The notes under the pieces were generated by a model. That model did no database searches. It worked only from the letters and a program-made list of their open reading frames with translations, and was not told the origin of the DNA. Of a stretch of 64,000 nt of DNA, positions 43,172 through 54,705 are shown piece after piece. The DNA is taken from positions 35,712,001 to 35,776,000 of the forward strand of contig OZ320314.1 in the NCBI GenBank assembly GCA_976226885.1. The letters run 5' to 3'. Made by a program: the position numbers and the translations under genes. Each line of letters starts with the position of its first letter. The first letter of the stretch is position 1. The DNA comes from Iphione sp. A-MEVVRFRX5 (lineage: Eukaryota).

Positions 43172-43512
43172 GGCCTAAAAAAAAAAGTTCTGTGTTTCCG
43201 GTAATATGCTTAAAAAATAGAGGGTCGGTAGGTCGGTGGGTTTCTTTTATTTTTTCATTTGTTTTTTAATGTTAATTATTACTTAAAATTACATATGTAT
43301 TTAGTAATATCTGTTTTACTGCTGAGATCTTAATAAAACTTATATCAAATGAAAGCTAATGATCTGGGGAGCAAAATGGTGTTTAGCATATGTCTCTATC
43401 ATTATTCATGCCAAAGTTATTAACAAAAACACAATAAAATAAAATATTCTAGCAGGACAAAAACCAGGGTCGGTCGGGTTACCGGAAACACAGATATTTT
43501 TTTGTTTAGGCC
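43172..43512. mobile_element. PIF/Harbinger (Tourist-like) MITE, copy 2
   Basis: TTA|GGCCTAAAAAAAAAAGTTCTGTGTTTCCGGTAA ... TTACCGGAAACACAGATATTTTTTTGTTTAGGCC|TTA: perfect TTA TSD, ~33-bp TIR. Homologous to 17055-17377 in the same orientation. Confidence 0.85.
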
Positions 43513-44774
43513 TTAGATACGACCATGATAAGCATATTCTGACGTTCTCGATGCAGCGGTACATGTCTGTGAAGCACGCATTGTTCCTGATTCTGGCTTC
43601 TATATGCCCACAGGAGGTTGAATGATAATTCCACCGGTCTTGAGTTGCGTACGAACAACGATTGTAGGAACTCGTCTCGCCATTTCATAGAGATACATGT
43701 ATGTATATGCACACCTGTTGTACACATACAGAGACATGCCATATGTCTATGATGTAAAATTGGATTAAACTATTTGTTCAGATGGGACGCCACGGGTGAA
43801 TCGCATATTTTAGAACCAAGCAGGACTTTCCCTGTATGGAACCATCGATTGGAGTAGCCAATATCAAAGGCCTCTTTTTGCCGCTTCTGGCCTGAATGGC
43901 ACCGGTTTGGCGCGGCGCACCGAACACCTACCTGCATGTACCACGCAGAGAGGAACTGCGGTATGACTCGGGGAGGAAAGAAGCATTCAGGCTGCCCAGA
44001 TCGTTTGGATTCATTTCACTTAAGAGATTGTTTGCCTCCTTGAGAAAACGAACCAAGCGAATGGCTTAGCACATATAGATCTACACATCGATAATTGAGA
44101 GGAATAGAAGAACGATTTTTACCTCTTAGGTCATATGGCGGATGAGGAATTTTCTGGCCATTTGGCTATCAACGTGATTTATATTCACATCTGCCGTCCA
44201 GGAAGTAATTGTTCCATAGACTTTAATTCAAGTAATTGACCCATAATTATATGTATTTTAACAATGGAGATAACCACTTACCCTGTCATACGTCAGGAAC
44301 TAATCATTCCAATTACAAATAGCCTATTTTGTAAAGATACCTTAATCGCCACGCACGCTTACGACATTGGGGATCTATTTTTAGCTTCAGGTAGGCGTGG
44401 CAAGCGCGTGGCACATCACAGTTGATTCGACATATGGCTTAAATTGGTCCCCTGGCTTTTTTACCCCAGGTATAATGAACAGCGTGCCTGTAATTGGCCA
44501 ATCAGCCCGGTACATCGGTAATTAATACAAGACCGCCAATCATAGCACTTAAAGGGCCTGGAGGGTGGTAAAGTAACATGTTACATTGTAGTGGGCTATG
44601 TTTGAGGGTTATAAGGCATGTCGTCCATTCGGGAGATTCTATGAATATTTGACGAGGTACTACAATTTTGTCCACAACATAGCTGGCTCTGGTTCCTTTT
44701 ACCGCTTTTTTCCTCACGAGTATACCCCCTGTAGCGTGATGTCATTCTAGGTTATGGAGGGAGAAAACCATAGA

Positions 44775-44810
44775 GTCAGAAACCTAATGTTTCTGTCAGA
44801 AACCTAATGT
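44775..44810. repeat. 16-mer direct repeat (period 20)
   Basis: GTCAGAAACCTAATGT at 44775-44790 and 44795-44810. Also folds as CAGAAAC-ctaat-GTTTCTG. Confidence 0.85.
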
Positions 44811-47694
44811 AGCGTGCACGTATATAGAACAGCGAACGAGAATACACACGTGTACTGTACACTGATCCAGATCCTGGCAACCGTGAGCCGGCCGCATGGA
44901 ACGTAGACGTATTCAGATGCAGGAAGGAGCTTGTAGGGAAAAAAAAACAACCCTGTATATCATGAAGATGACGGGGATGGCTTAGTTTAGGAGGGAGTGG
45001 AGCTCATGAATTTGCATATCTGAAGCACAGACAACAGGTTTTAGGAAAACAATACGGGTCCTATTCCGAGGTGGCACTTTATTTCCGAACAGCTGGTTCC
45101 AAATGCGTAAAGGGCAAACACTGCATCTTTAGGGGATGGAGGTGTGACAGGAAGCTGAGCTGGAACCGGAGAGTCCCTGATAAGGTTTGCACATGGCTGT
45201 AGCCCATCGCTGGCGAAGGCAGATGTATGTCGGCTCACGTATAGGGTTATTTTTGTTCGCATCCACTCTGGGTGGTATTGAATTATTGATGCTCCCCTGA
45301 AAGTTGGTATTTCGCCCTGGCTAATATGCATTGTTGCTCGGACTGAGGTGGCAGTGCACTGAAGATTACGGTGATTTATACTGCACTGGGACACACCGAA
45401 GATCGCTCATTGCATCGTGCCTTTTATTAGCTTCAGGCTGGCTGCCGTCAAGCGAACCACTCGGAACTAGTCTGAAGTGCTCAGAGGTGCTTAGAGCTAT
45501 TCGACCTAGGCAGGAAGTGCCCTCAGACATTCGCTGGTCGGCCATCTAGACTGGATCGTCCAGACAGCAGGTGCTATCGCCGAATATAATATAGCACCCC
45601 TCTGAGACCGAAAGAAGGCCATCTAAAGAGTGAGCTCTTCCATTAATGGGGCTGTCAGTTAGAGAGCTCAGTATTAGATAACTCCACAGTTTCATGTTTT
45701 TTTTCTTCTGGTGAATAAGCAAGTGCGTATGTACGAAGCCATAGCCAAGAATAGTTGTATAACAGTCAACAATATCCGAGGCGGACACTTGTATTTCGTT
45801 CCTGTCCATGTAAGTCCGCATAGCGCGTATGGCATTAATCTTCGCCAATGTGGCGTAGGGAACGGTATCCACCCGTATCCACATCGTCCCTCAGGATATG
45901 ATAATTTGTCTGAATACTTCTATGCCTATCTCCATTTAGCATCGAGACATGTCCTCATATCTTTTGAAGTGCAGTAGACGGACAACAAAGAGCCATATTG
46001 TTCCCGAAGGACATCTTCAATCTTATGATTAGTGTTACCTTCCGTCCCTGAGTCTAGGTTGACCTAGCCGCATGTAGGCGGCGCATGTGACACCATGTCA
46101 TTCTCAACCCACCTGTCGCCACCCTAATTAACCTATCCTGCAGTACACCTGCCAACACGTGGAAAACCCCGTCTGGTTGCCTTACGGTGGCTTTAACCCG
46201 TCAGTGTCGACTTTAACATGTCGGTATCCAGGGAGAAGACAATTAAATCCCCTTAGATAGGATGATTGCTCTGTCGGCATCTTTCTCTCTGCGTCCTTTG
46301 CATGCCATCATCTCATGCAAGCTTGGTATTATAGGTCTGGCGGGGTCAGTGTAGAACCGCTCTTTGGATGGACAGCATATTCTATACAAATATAAGTATA
46401 ATGGTTATTGAAAATACGATGTGATATATCCTATACAAATAGTTTAACTTATATCTTTATAAAAAATAACACTATGCTATTTTATAACAGACTCCGTGTA
46501 CTCTGGAAGAATCGTTAAAGTTTTTTGACACTATGCATAGTAAAGTACATGGCTTTGACCACTATCAACTAAGTTGACGGGTCAATATCAAGTAAGGACA
46601 GGAAACTTTGGTGCGTCCAGTTGAAGACGTTTACTTCGGCGCTTGGCATTCTAAGCTGCTTGATCTCAAGTGAACAGTTTGCTGCCCGCGGACAGTGCGA
46701 AGCCTCCGGGCCTATCTTGTTGTTTGTGACAAGCTGGCTGGCCTAGGGCCCCAGATGTCTCCCGAGGCCGAGTCTTTTAAAAAGGACGAACCTCTGCGAA
46801 TTACGCAAAGAAATTCCAAGGCGAACCGAATAAAAGCAACGCTTAGCGAAAGTGCCAGGAGGAAACCTTTGTACGGCAGAGGCAGCACTCCGCCATTTTG
46901 AGAGTAGCAGAACCCTGCGTTTAGGCATGTGAGGAGAGACACCGCCTTGGCGATGTCCGTACTCATCATGCGACACTTGTTAGACAAGTGTTAAACCAGA
47001 TCTGATCATCTATATAAGTTCCCTTCTTACCTGTCTGACAATCTCTGTCTAGTCTAACCGTCTAACCGTTCGTCTGAAACACGCTCCCGATGTTTGTCAT
47101 ACGCATTTATAAATATCTTAAGTGTATTGACATTTTATGAAGCAAAGTGCATGCCTCAGCATTTATACAACCACATCCCCATAATTACATCGAACCGCTG
47201 TTGGCCTTTGCGCAGTACAGGGGAGTATATTTGCATCGGATATATCCTATCGTTTCAATCGTGTCGCCACCTTTTATCTGCTTATCGGCCAGGTGTAGTG
47301 GAAACTTGGCGCTGCCGAGGGCCTAGCAGCCGGCAGGGCAGCGCTGAGTTACTGACACGGGTTATTAAGCCCCATTCTGGCCGCCAACATTTGTGCACCA
47401 CGGTCCCGTCTGTTGTTCACCGTAAGGCCGTAGGTGTCATGAGGGATGGCGTCCAAGGAGCCGTCTAAGTGCTGCTATGCAATGGCTAGGTGAACATGGG
47501 TGATGTATATGACCCCCACACAGGTGTGTAAGCACGCGAATACTGTCGGGCCTACCTGTCAACAGGGCCACTCATTCAGCTAACTAGCCAGAGGCTGTAT
47601 GTAACTTGGAAGCTATCTTTAGTAAACTGTGCCAGTAGCATTCTACCCGTCATCTTTTGTTACAAAAGAGGTCGACTGTGATATACAAACGCAC

Positions 47695-47716
47695 ATATAT
47701 ATATATATATATATAT
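47695..47716. repeat. (AT)11 microsatellite
   Basis: Read directly. Confidence 0.95.
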
Positions 47717-47871
47717 ACTGTATACATATATAAACATGTACATACATTTTGTAGAGCTCGTTCGTAGTATTCAAGTGTATTCTGATATTGTTTTGTACTG
47801 TGACTGCAGCTAGTGAAATTTGATTTAACTCATTACGCCTGTACTACATCTTTCGTTGCTCTTTCTTTCAG

Positions 47872-47921
47872 GTGAGTACTCTCACGACAAAGCGCGGTTG
47901 ACGTGGAAGTCTTTATGTACG
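47872..47921 (+). other. 50-nt exon candidate beginning with GTGAGT (recursive-splice-site-like)
   Basis: CATCTTTCGTTGCTCTTTCTTTCAG|GTGAGT at 47871/47872, downstream donor CG|GTAAGA at 47922. Open as (G)EYSHDKARLTWKSLCT (phase 1 in, phase 0 out). Confidence 0.45.
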
Positions 47922-50142
47922 GTAAGATGATACTATGGCTGTGCTAAATGATTTTAATAAAATTGTAAAATTAACCCTTTTCCCAATTAATTCTGTTCCA
48001 CACTATGACATTTTCGATACAATACATGACTTACAACAACGGTAGCAGAAACGGGTGAATGGAAAGGATATTTCTCCTGTTTCCGGCTCAAAGTAACACC
48101 TGAGTTAAGTAGCGTACATATGTACATAAATAGATCTCACAAAACCTAGCAAAAAAAACCATGAAACGCTATTTACAGTGTGTGGATAGGTTTTAACGCC
48201 CATGACTGTGGGAGCAGCAGATAAAGCAAGGGCAGGAAGTATTGAGAAGGGCGAGAAAATTAAAATCATCGATATGAAAAATATGGCAATGTTTGGCCGA
48301 GCGTAAGGCTCATAATGCAGGCGCCAACCATCGGACTCATATTTTCGAAATAGAACGCTGCCGTCCAATGCCGGCGGCACCCAAGCAATGCCTTGTATCC
48401 ATAAATGGTTCCTTTGAAGTCAGATTTGTGACAATGGCAACATGGCATGGTCGTTGAGCTGAATTACATCAGGTCGATTTGAAGACAGCCAATGAGGCAT
48501 GCTGACAAACCGAGAGGTCCAAAAGGCGGAATACCCTGTCATATCCCCTCCGAAATAATGTCAAATTACTGTCCTCCAAATTGAGACGGTGATTTTGTTT
48601 TTTATTTAATTACAATCATAGCACCACTAACTATGCACTCTCCTCAATCACGAATGGGAAGACATATTTAGTCCTGACACTTTCACATAACATATTGAAA
48701 TATTTAGACATTTGTAAAAACAGCTAAGCTCGGCTTCATTTTTATAACGGTTAGCATTCGTCTAAAGTTTATTTCTATGATTACAAGCGTACCAGACGGA
48801 ATAAATTGCCAACCCATCTTTTATCAACAGTCCTTCCTTCCTTGTTCACTATCCTTTCGGTTCAGGGGGTCCAATGTCATACGTTCTTTTTTCCCCCTTT
48901 GGTACGTTATTGACCATCCCTATGCAAACAGCCTCCCAAAGATCAGACACGGAGGGGAAAAAAAGCTATGCCCGCCTGTCGAATGCCAGAGAAGGATTGA
49001 TCGGAAATCCTTTCCGCTTGGTCCTCCTTCTCCCTCTGTTGCCAAACGGAACGGTACTCCAAACGACGAATGTGCATGCACGCCAAACCTCTCTCAGTTC
49101 CACCACTGGATAGACACTGATGGATGGTGTTTAATAATATATAGATACCGTATTTATTATGATACACGATGAGAGGACAGAAAACAGATTGTATTACTTA
49201 AGTCATTCTTATATAAAATTAATATTTCCTGTGAATACGTTACAGGCTAGCTTTTGTGCCTATACACATTAACGTCTGTATTATTCACAAAGTAAAGAGT
49301 TTCCTTTCTCGCTTTTGTCACTGTCTTGTTCGATAAGTCTCCATTTGGGATAGGCTGTAAACATCCGAACATCTGTAACATCTGTTACATCAGAAATAAC
49401 GCTGTCCATTTTCTAATATGCTTTGATCTCTCGGTTACTTTTATCTCACGTGTATAATAAATTCCTATGGGTTCTAAAAATAACACTTCTACAAGGGACA
49501 CACGAGTTTGAGTGTACATATACTTTATTTTTTTTACAGTCATACGCTGGATCCTGCTCATTTAAACCTCAAAAGATATGTTTATTTGATGTTGATACTT
49601 CTTGATACTGTATATTTCTTGAGAAATCGAACGTCATTTTCTAAAGTTATACAGGTATAAAGGTGATTTGCTTTATCACAAAACCGGCATTACCTTAAAC
49701 AAAATGCAAATCTGTCACACGGCTGGTGTCCTGCTTATGAAGAACATATTATCGTGCTGCGCATCTGTTTCTTTCACTTTGTAACGTGTACATGTTTCTT
49801 CATGGTTTTGAAGAAAATCCCAGAAAAATATTTATTAAACAGTATAGGAAATATTATCCTTCCATTGCAGCAGGCAATTTTCATTTCCAGAAGAAATGAA
49901 ATCATTGTTGGGAGTTCCTTTGACTTGATTTCAATTACGGATGGTGAAATTTGAGTCACGGGTAAGCCGAAATGCATTATGAAGTTGGTTGTCAAGGGCA
50001 GGGAAGGGAACCCTTGGAGCATTGTTTTCTTTGCTCGTGTTGCATGCGTTCTAACGGAGTATCACGAACCCGATGACAGCATGAGCAACTTTATGAGTTG
50101 AACTAGCCGCTTATTTCGATTAAAAAAGTGGATTGCGTTTAA

Positions 50143-50377
50143 CCCTTCGATGGTGGCATTTTTATCTAAATTCATTCCCATAATGAGGCAACAGGAATGC
50201 AAAAATAGAAGGCTGTGAAAATGAAGCATTTTCTTATGCTATATTATCTTTTTCATAACAGGAGATATTTCCTCAGTCTGTTTTTATTCAAATTTCAGTT
50301 CTCAAGACTTAAAGGTATAACTTACTTAACAATGTTAATACAAGACATGACATGACTACCCGGTCATCGTGAAAGGG
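50143..50377. mobile_element. piggyBac-like non-autonomous element
   Basis: TTAA|CCCTTCGATG ... CATCGTGAAAGGG|TTAA: TTAA on both sides, CCC..GGG termini, degenerate TIR (CCCTT-C--GATG vs CCCTTTCACGATG). Confidence 0.5.
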
Positions 50378-50489
50378 TTAACGAGTAAGTCCTCAGTGGT
50401 ACAACATCATGATCCACTTAAATGAATAGAATGAATGTTCAACACGGACGGAATATGTCTAGTAAAAGAATTTAGCTGGCAATGAGTAG

Positions 50490-50660
50490 TATATCCAGTT
50501 GGGTATTGGCAGCAGGTAGAATATTGTGACCTAGTGGCCTGGCATGTGCCCAAAGGGCTGCAAGACGAAGCAAATGAATGGGCTGATCTGAAAGCCTCTG
50601 ACTTGCCCCTGGCTAGCGCACTGGCCAAACAACATCTTTTGAATGTTGACTCGCCCAAAG
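50490..50660 (+). mobile_element. possible decayed retroelement RNase H fragment
   Basis: Stop-free ~60-codon stretch VVYPVGYWQQVEYCDLVAWHVPKGLQDEANEWADLKASDL. HVP...ANEWADL.A resembles the RNase H motif WV.GH.G..GNE.AD.LA. Single motif only. Confidence 0.2.
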
Positions 50661-51039
50661 GCTATTAGTCCAACTAAAATGGTCTCGTGACAGGTCGGCC
50701 TCGTTAAGGTCAAGGCTGGTAAAATGTCATTCCTTCCTGTCTTTACCATTGCCTTGACCCATTCTTCCTTCCTCAGCCACCATGGGGCGTATGATTTAAG
50801 TGGCCTTTATATGGGAACTAGTTGCTATTCTAAGGCGTTCACATAATCGCAACGTATCGATGGACTTAAATTCATCTATATAAGGGAACTATATTTAAAG
50901 ATTCTGTCCTTCAGATATTGATCGTGTCGTAACACCTTCCCTGTCAGAAAGGTCAGTCCGAATGGCTCTACTAGAGATGCAAGTGGTCACTATGCGAGAG
51001 ACATTCCATATAAGCTTCGTAGGTGTGCCGAATGCTCGC

Positions 51040-51057
51040 TAATGAAGGCCTTCATTA
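51040..51057. other. perfect 18-bp palindrome
   Basis: TAATGAAGGCCTTCATTA equals its own reverse complement. Confidence 0.9.
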
Positions 51058-54000
51058 AAAATAACGAAGAGTAGGGGCTTGTCTGAAATACTTCAGGACG
51101 CCAAGGCCATTGTGGATGGACGGTAGGGTTGAAGAAAGCAGCACTTCCACTTCAGTGGACCGCTGATAATAACCCAAGGAATGTTCATCGTGCCCACTCA
51201 AATGAGCCTTTCATGATGGATTGAGAAAGTCAATATTAGTTTTTCACTGGTACACCTTGATTGCTTTCCTGATGCAGAAAAGCGCCTGTCTGTCCGTGTC
51301 ATCATCTCGAACGTCGTAGGAAGTTGGATAGCGGTGTAGGCGCATAGAAGCAATTTAGCGCATGGCAGCGGGTCCAAGGGGTGTGCTAGCCGTCCCTTTT
51401 TTCTTTCGCATACTCATGGTTGCCTTTTGTTTTTGGTTGCAAATAATTGTCCATGGAAGGCTGCCGCTGTGCTGTCTTTCGAGGGGAGGAAGGTTGACAG
51501 ACGAAGATGCGGTTACAGGCAACCCCCTCCCCCCTCCATGGGCAAACAGTAGTCACACCTCTGTCAACCTGACACGTGCCCGCCTGACGACAACAGAACG
51601 TCAGAGCTTTTGTCACTTAGACTCGGTTCAGCGACGTTTTACCTCAGAGCTCACCGCCTACCCCCCCACCCCCCACACACACTCCCCACTTCCCTCTCTC
51701 CTCCCCATCCCCTGTCCTTACAAACGCCACATTACCTTCGGCGGCAACTCTATCGCCAATAGACTTGAAATTTTGACCGTAGGAAAATTGATTGAAACGG
51801 GAGATCCGTCAGAAGCCTGAGGCTGGCCTCTGGTGCCATTGGCTGCGGCTGCACGTACTCAGGAACTGTTGTGTTCGCGTAATTAGACGGTACCGGAGGA
51901 GGGTTCTTCAGGAGTCTGGATTAAAAATTCACAACCTTTATGGGGTACGTGAGGGTGCGAGGAGGTGTCTTTGGCCGAGACGAGAGGGGTGCGCAGGCAG
52001 GAGCACGCCACCTCCTTTTGGCCATCTCACCTTACCGCTCCTTCTGTCGCCCCCAGTGACTCATTGCGATCAATAGCGAGAACGAGCTCCACTCTCCAGG
52101 TGCGGTATTTTCTTATGTGAAGGACAGACGGGCTACGAGAGTCCCATCAGGTGCTAAAATGTGGAGTTATGTCGCCGTATGTATGTAGGAATTTCTCCAA
52201 GTGCATACTATTCTTTGAAAAAAAAAAGACATCCAGGTTGGAAAGGGTCTTAAGGAGTGCTGACACGTGAGGTCCATGCCACGTCATATGTAAGATTTCC
52301 TTTGGATGTGTCATTTTGCTGTAGGCAGGATAGAGCAGGAATAAGGGTATTACCGAGTACTTTATTCCGTAGATTATGTCACCCTATATGTTGAGGTGGT
52401 CTGAGCAGCCAGTAGCCGTGTGTCATTCCTTTTCTACAGACCCTACGCTTCACATTCACGATCTCCATCCCAGAGCTTTCTTCAATACTCAACTCGTTGC
52501 CAAAAGACCGGGGACTCGACTACGGAAAAAGTATCCGGCATATTCTTATTGGTGAGAATCAAACAGGCGGAGAACACGACATACAATTTATATAGCTCCA
52601 AGAACGTGGGGGGGGGGGCACTGATACACAAAACTCCCTTACACCTTCATGCTGCATTGTCATCCTGGCGCCCTGTTAATGCGAGACCCGTTAATGCTCC
52701 TATTGCAAAGGTGAGGGGATCCCGACGGGAACCGGATGGGCTCTCCGTCACAGCGTCATAAAGTGCCCCGTAAGTGCGTTCGGTTGCAAGCGCCGTGTAT
52801 ACAGGTAGATTATGAAGGCGCCAGTCCTCTCAGCTGCCTCGCCTCCATGCACACATGGTTTATTTCATCATTCCCCAGTATTACGTCCCATTACCATCAA
52901 AGTTTAATGATCTTGTACTTTGAGACCTACTTATACTACCGATGACTCTGATAGTTTCTGAAGTTTGCTTTCCTGATGCGTTGTGATTTAGTCACACAAG
53001 GAAACCATCTGTATATAAACCTCCCCCCCAATCCCATCACCCTAAGTTCCGTTATTCCCACCTCCCAGCGCTGAACGCGTGTACTTATCAGTCAAAATAT
53101 CAAAACGAATATAGATATATCTATAGTTTGATGGAAATGTCAGGTCGGACTCTGCGACGGATCGGTGGGGCGCTGTAACAATGGGTCCATCCGTCACTGG
53201 CAGAAAGCCCCAGCCCAGCAGCCGTCGACGACGTAGGGCTGTCGTCCATGCGGGATCAATGGAGTTCTCCTCGCCTTCAGGCGACTGCCACCTCTACCGC
53301 CGCCCGCCGCCCGCCCGCCCGCGCCCGACCAACCACCCCGCACCTTCCTAGCCGACCATGGCCGAACGAGGGCTTGCCTCCTACTCCGGATCTATGCCTA
53401 CACACAATACATTCGCCGTGCAGGAGGGCGCTGTCGGCAGCACTGGTATATTTGCCTTTCAGCAGCGCGCTGAGGATAGGAACTGACAGGATGCACTTAG
53501 CCGACTCACTATAAGGAATGAAAGACTGTCTTAGCATCGGGCAGGACCTTCTGACGACCCCACCCCTCATCAGCCCCGCACAGTGGGCCTGAATAATTGA
53601 TGTTTATTTTGCATTGTACATTTCTCCAGATGGTATCGGTTAATTCCTTTAGCTTGGTCAAGAAGAGTGTAAGCGAGAGCGTTAAATGACAGTGTTCACC
53701 AGGCGCAAACTTTCTGCTACTTTTTCAACAGATATTTCTTCAAGAATGACACTTTGGCGATACGGCACGGTTAATGTTTGCCTTCCAATTGAACTAAATG
53801 TATCAACATAATACAGTGTATACCTGTATCAGAATGAAACTGTATAGAGATTTATGCTGAGTTTTTTTTTATAAACTCGAAGGTACATACCATGCCCCAG
53901 ACTTTCACGCGTATATCACATTTCTCTAAGGTCGAGTTCTACAGAATATCAGTATGCCTTTTGGTAACTTCGAACGTCACTTCCTTTAATATACGTTGGA

Positions 54001-54087
54001 GATCTGTGTGTTTCTCTTATAAGCATGACATATTATGCTTCTCAGAGTCCAGAATAAATGATATCCCATTTGTTTCGCTACTTCCTT

Positions 54088-54705
54088 ACAGTAGATACTA
54101 GAACGGACATACGTTTACACAGAGGAACGTATTCGTGCCTTTTTTTCTTCCGAAAGGCAAGATGCTGTCTAATTTCTTTGTTCTCTGGTTACACATGCAC
54201 AACGGAGGCTGAATCCTCTTACTGTCTCTATACTGTCACTATACCTAGACTAGACCATCCCTATGTTCAAATACAGGTGCATGTGCTTGTTTACGTAATC
54301 AAGGCCTCTACCATCGGAAGGAAAGGGCTTGTCTGCTCCTTTTCGTCTATCTGTACTCACATATATAATATGGGCTACATGTCCAAACAATCACCATATT
54401 TAGTCTACATCGTACCTGCGTTCAAATACATGAACCTGTACGCGTATTCAAGACTCTTTCAGGGCTTGTCTGCTCCGTTTTGCAATCTCTGTTTACTCAA
54501 AAACAGTGGAGCTGTATCTTTTTCCTACAATTATATATAGACTATACCATTCGTACGTTCACATATATGTACTTGTGTCTGTACATGTATTTATGGATTT
54601 TTCCCTTCTGGATTGCCAGAGTTATGTGTGCTTCCTTTAAAAGCGTTCTCTGCTTACACCTGTACAATAGAGGCTGCATCTTCTATCAGCATACTTATAC
54701 TAAAC
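54088..54705. repeat. old diverged tandem array, ~4 units of ~140-165 bp
   Basis: Unit starts TAGA(T/C)TA..CCAT..TA(C/T)GTT(C/T)A.A at ~54090, ~54245, ~54400 and ~54537. Shared AGGGCTTGTCTGCTCC (54324, 54461), TTCTCTG.TTACAC (54181, 54646) and GAGGCTG.ATC.TCT. Confidence 0.7.

Noticed and set aside
54155-54167. 13-nt match to the 5' end of mature miR-31 (AGGCAAGATGCTG)
   Set aside because: The 3' part diverges, there is no complementary arm, and it lies inside the degenerate tandem array.
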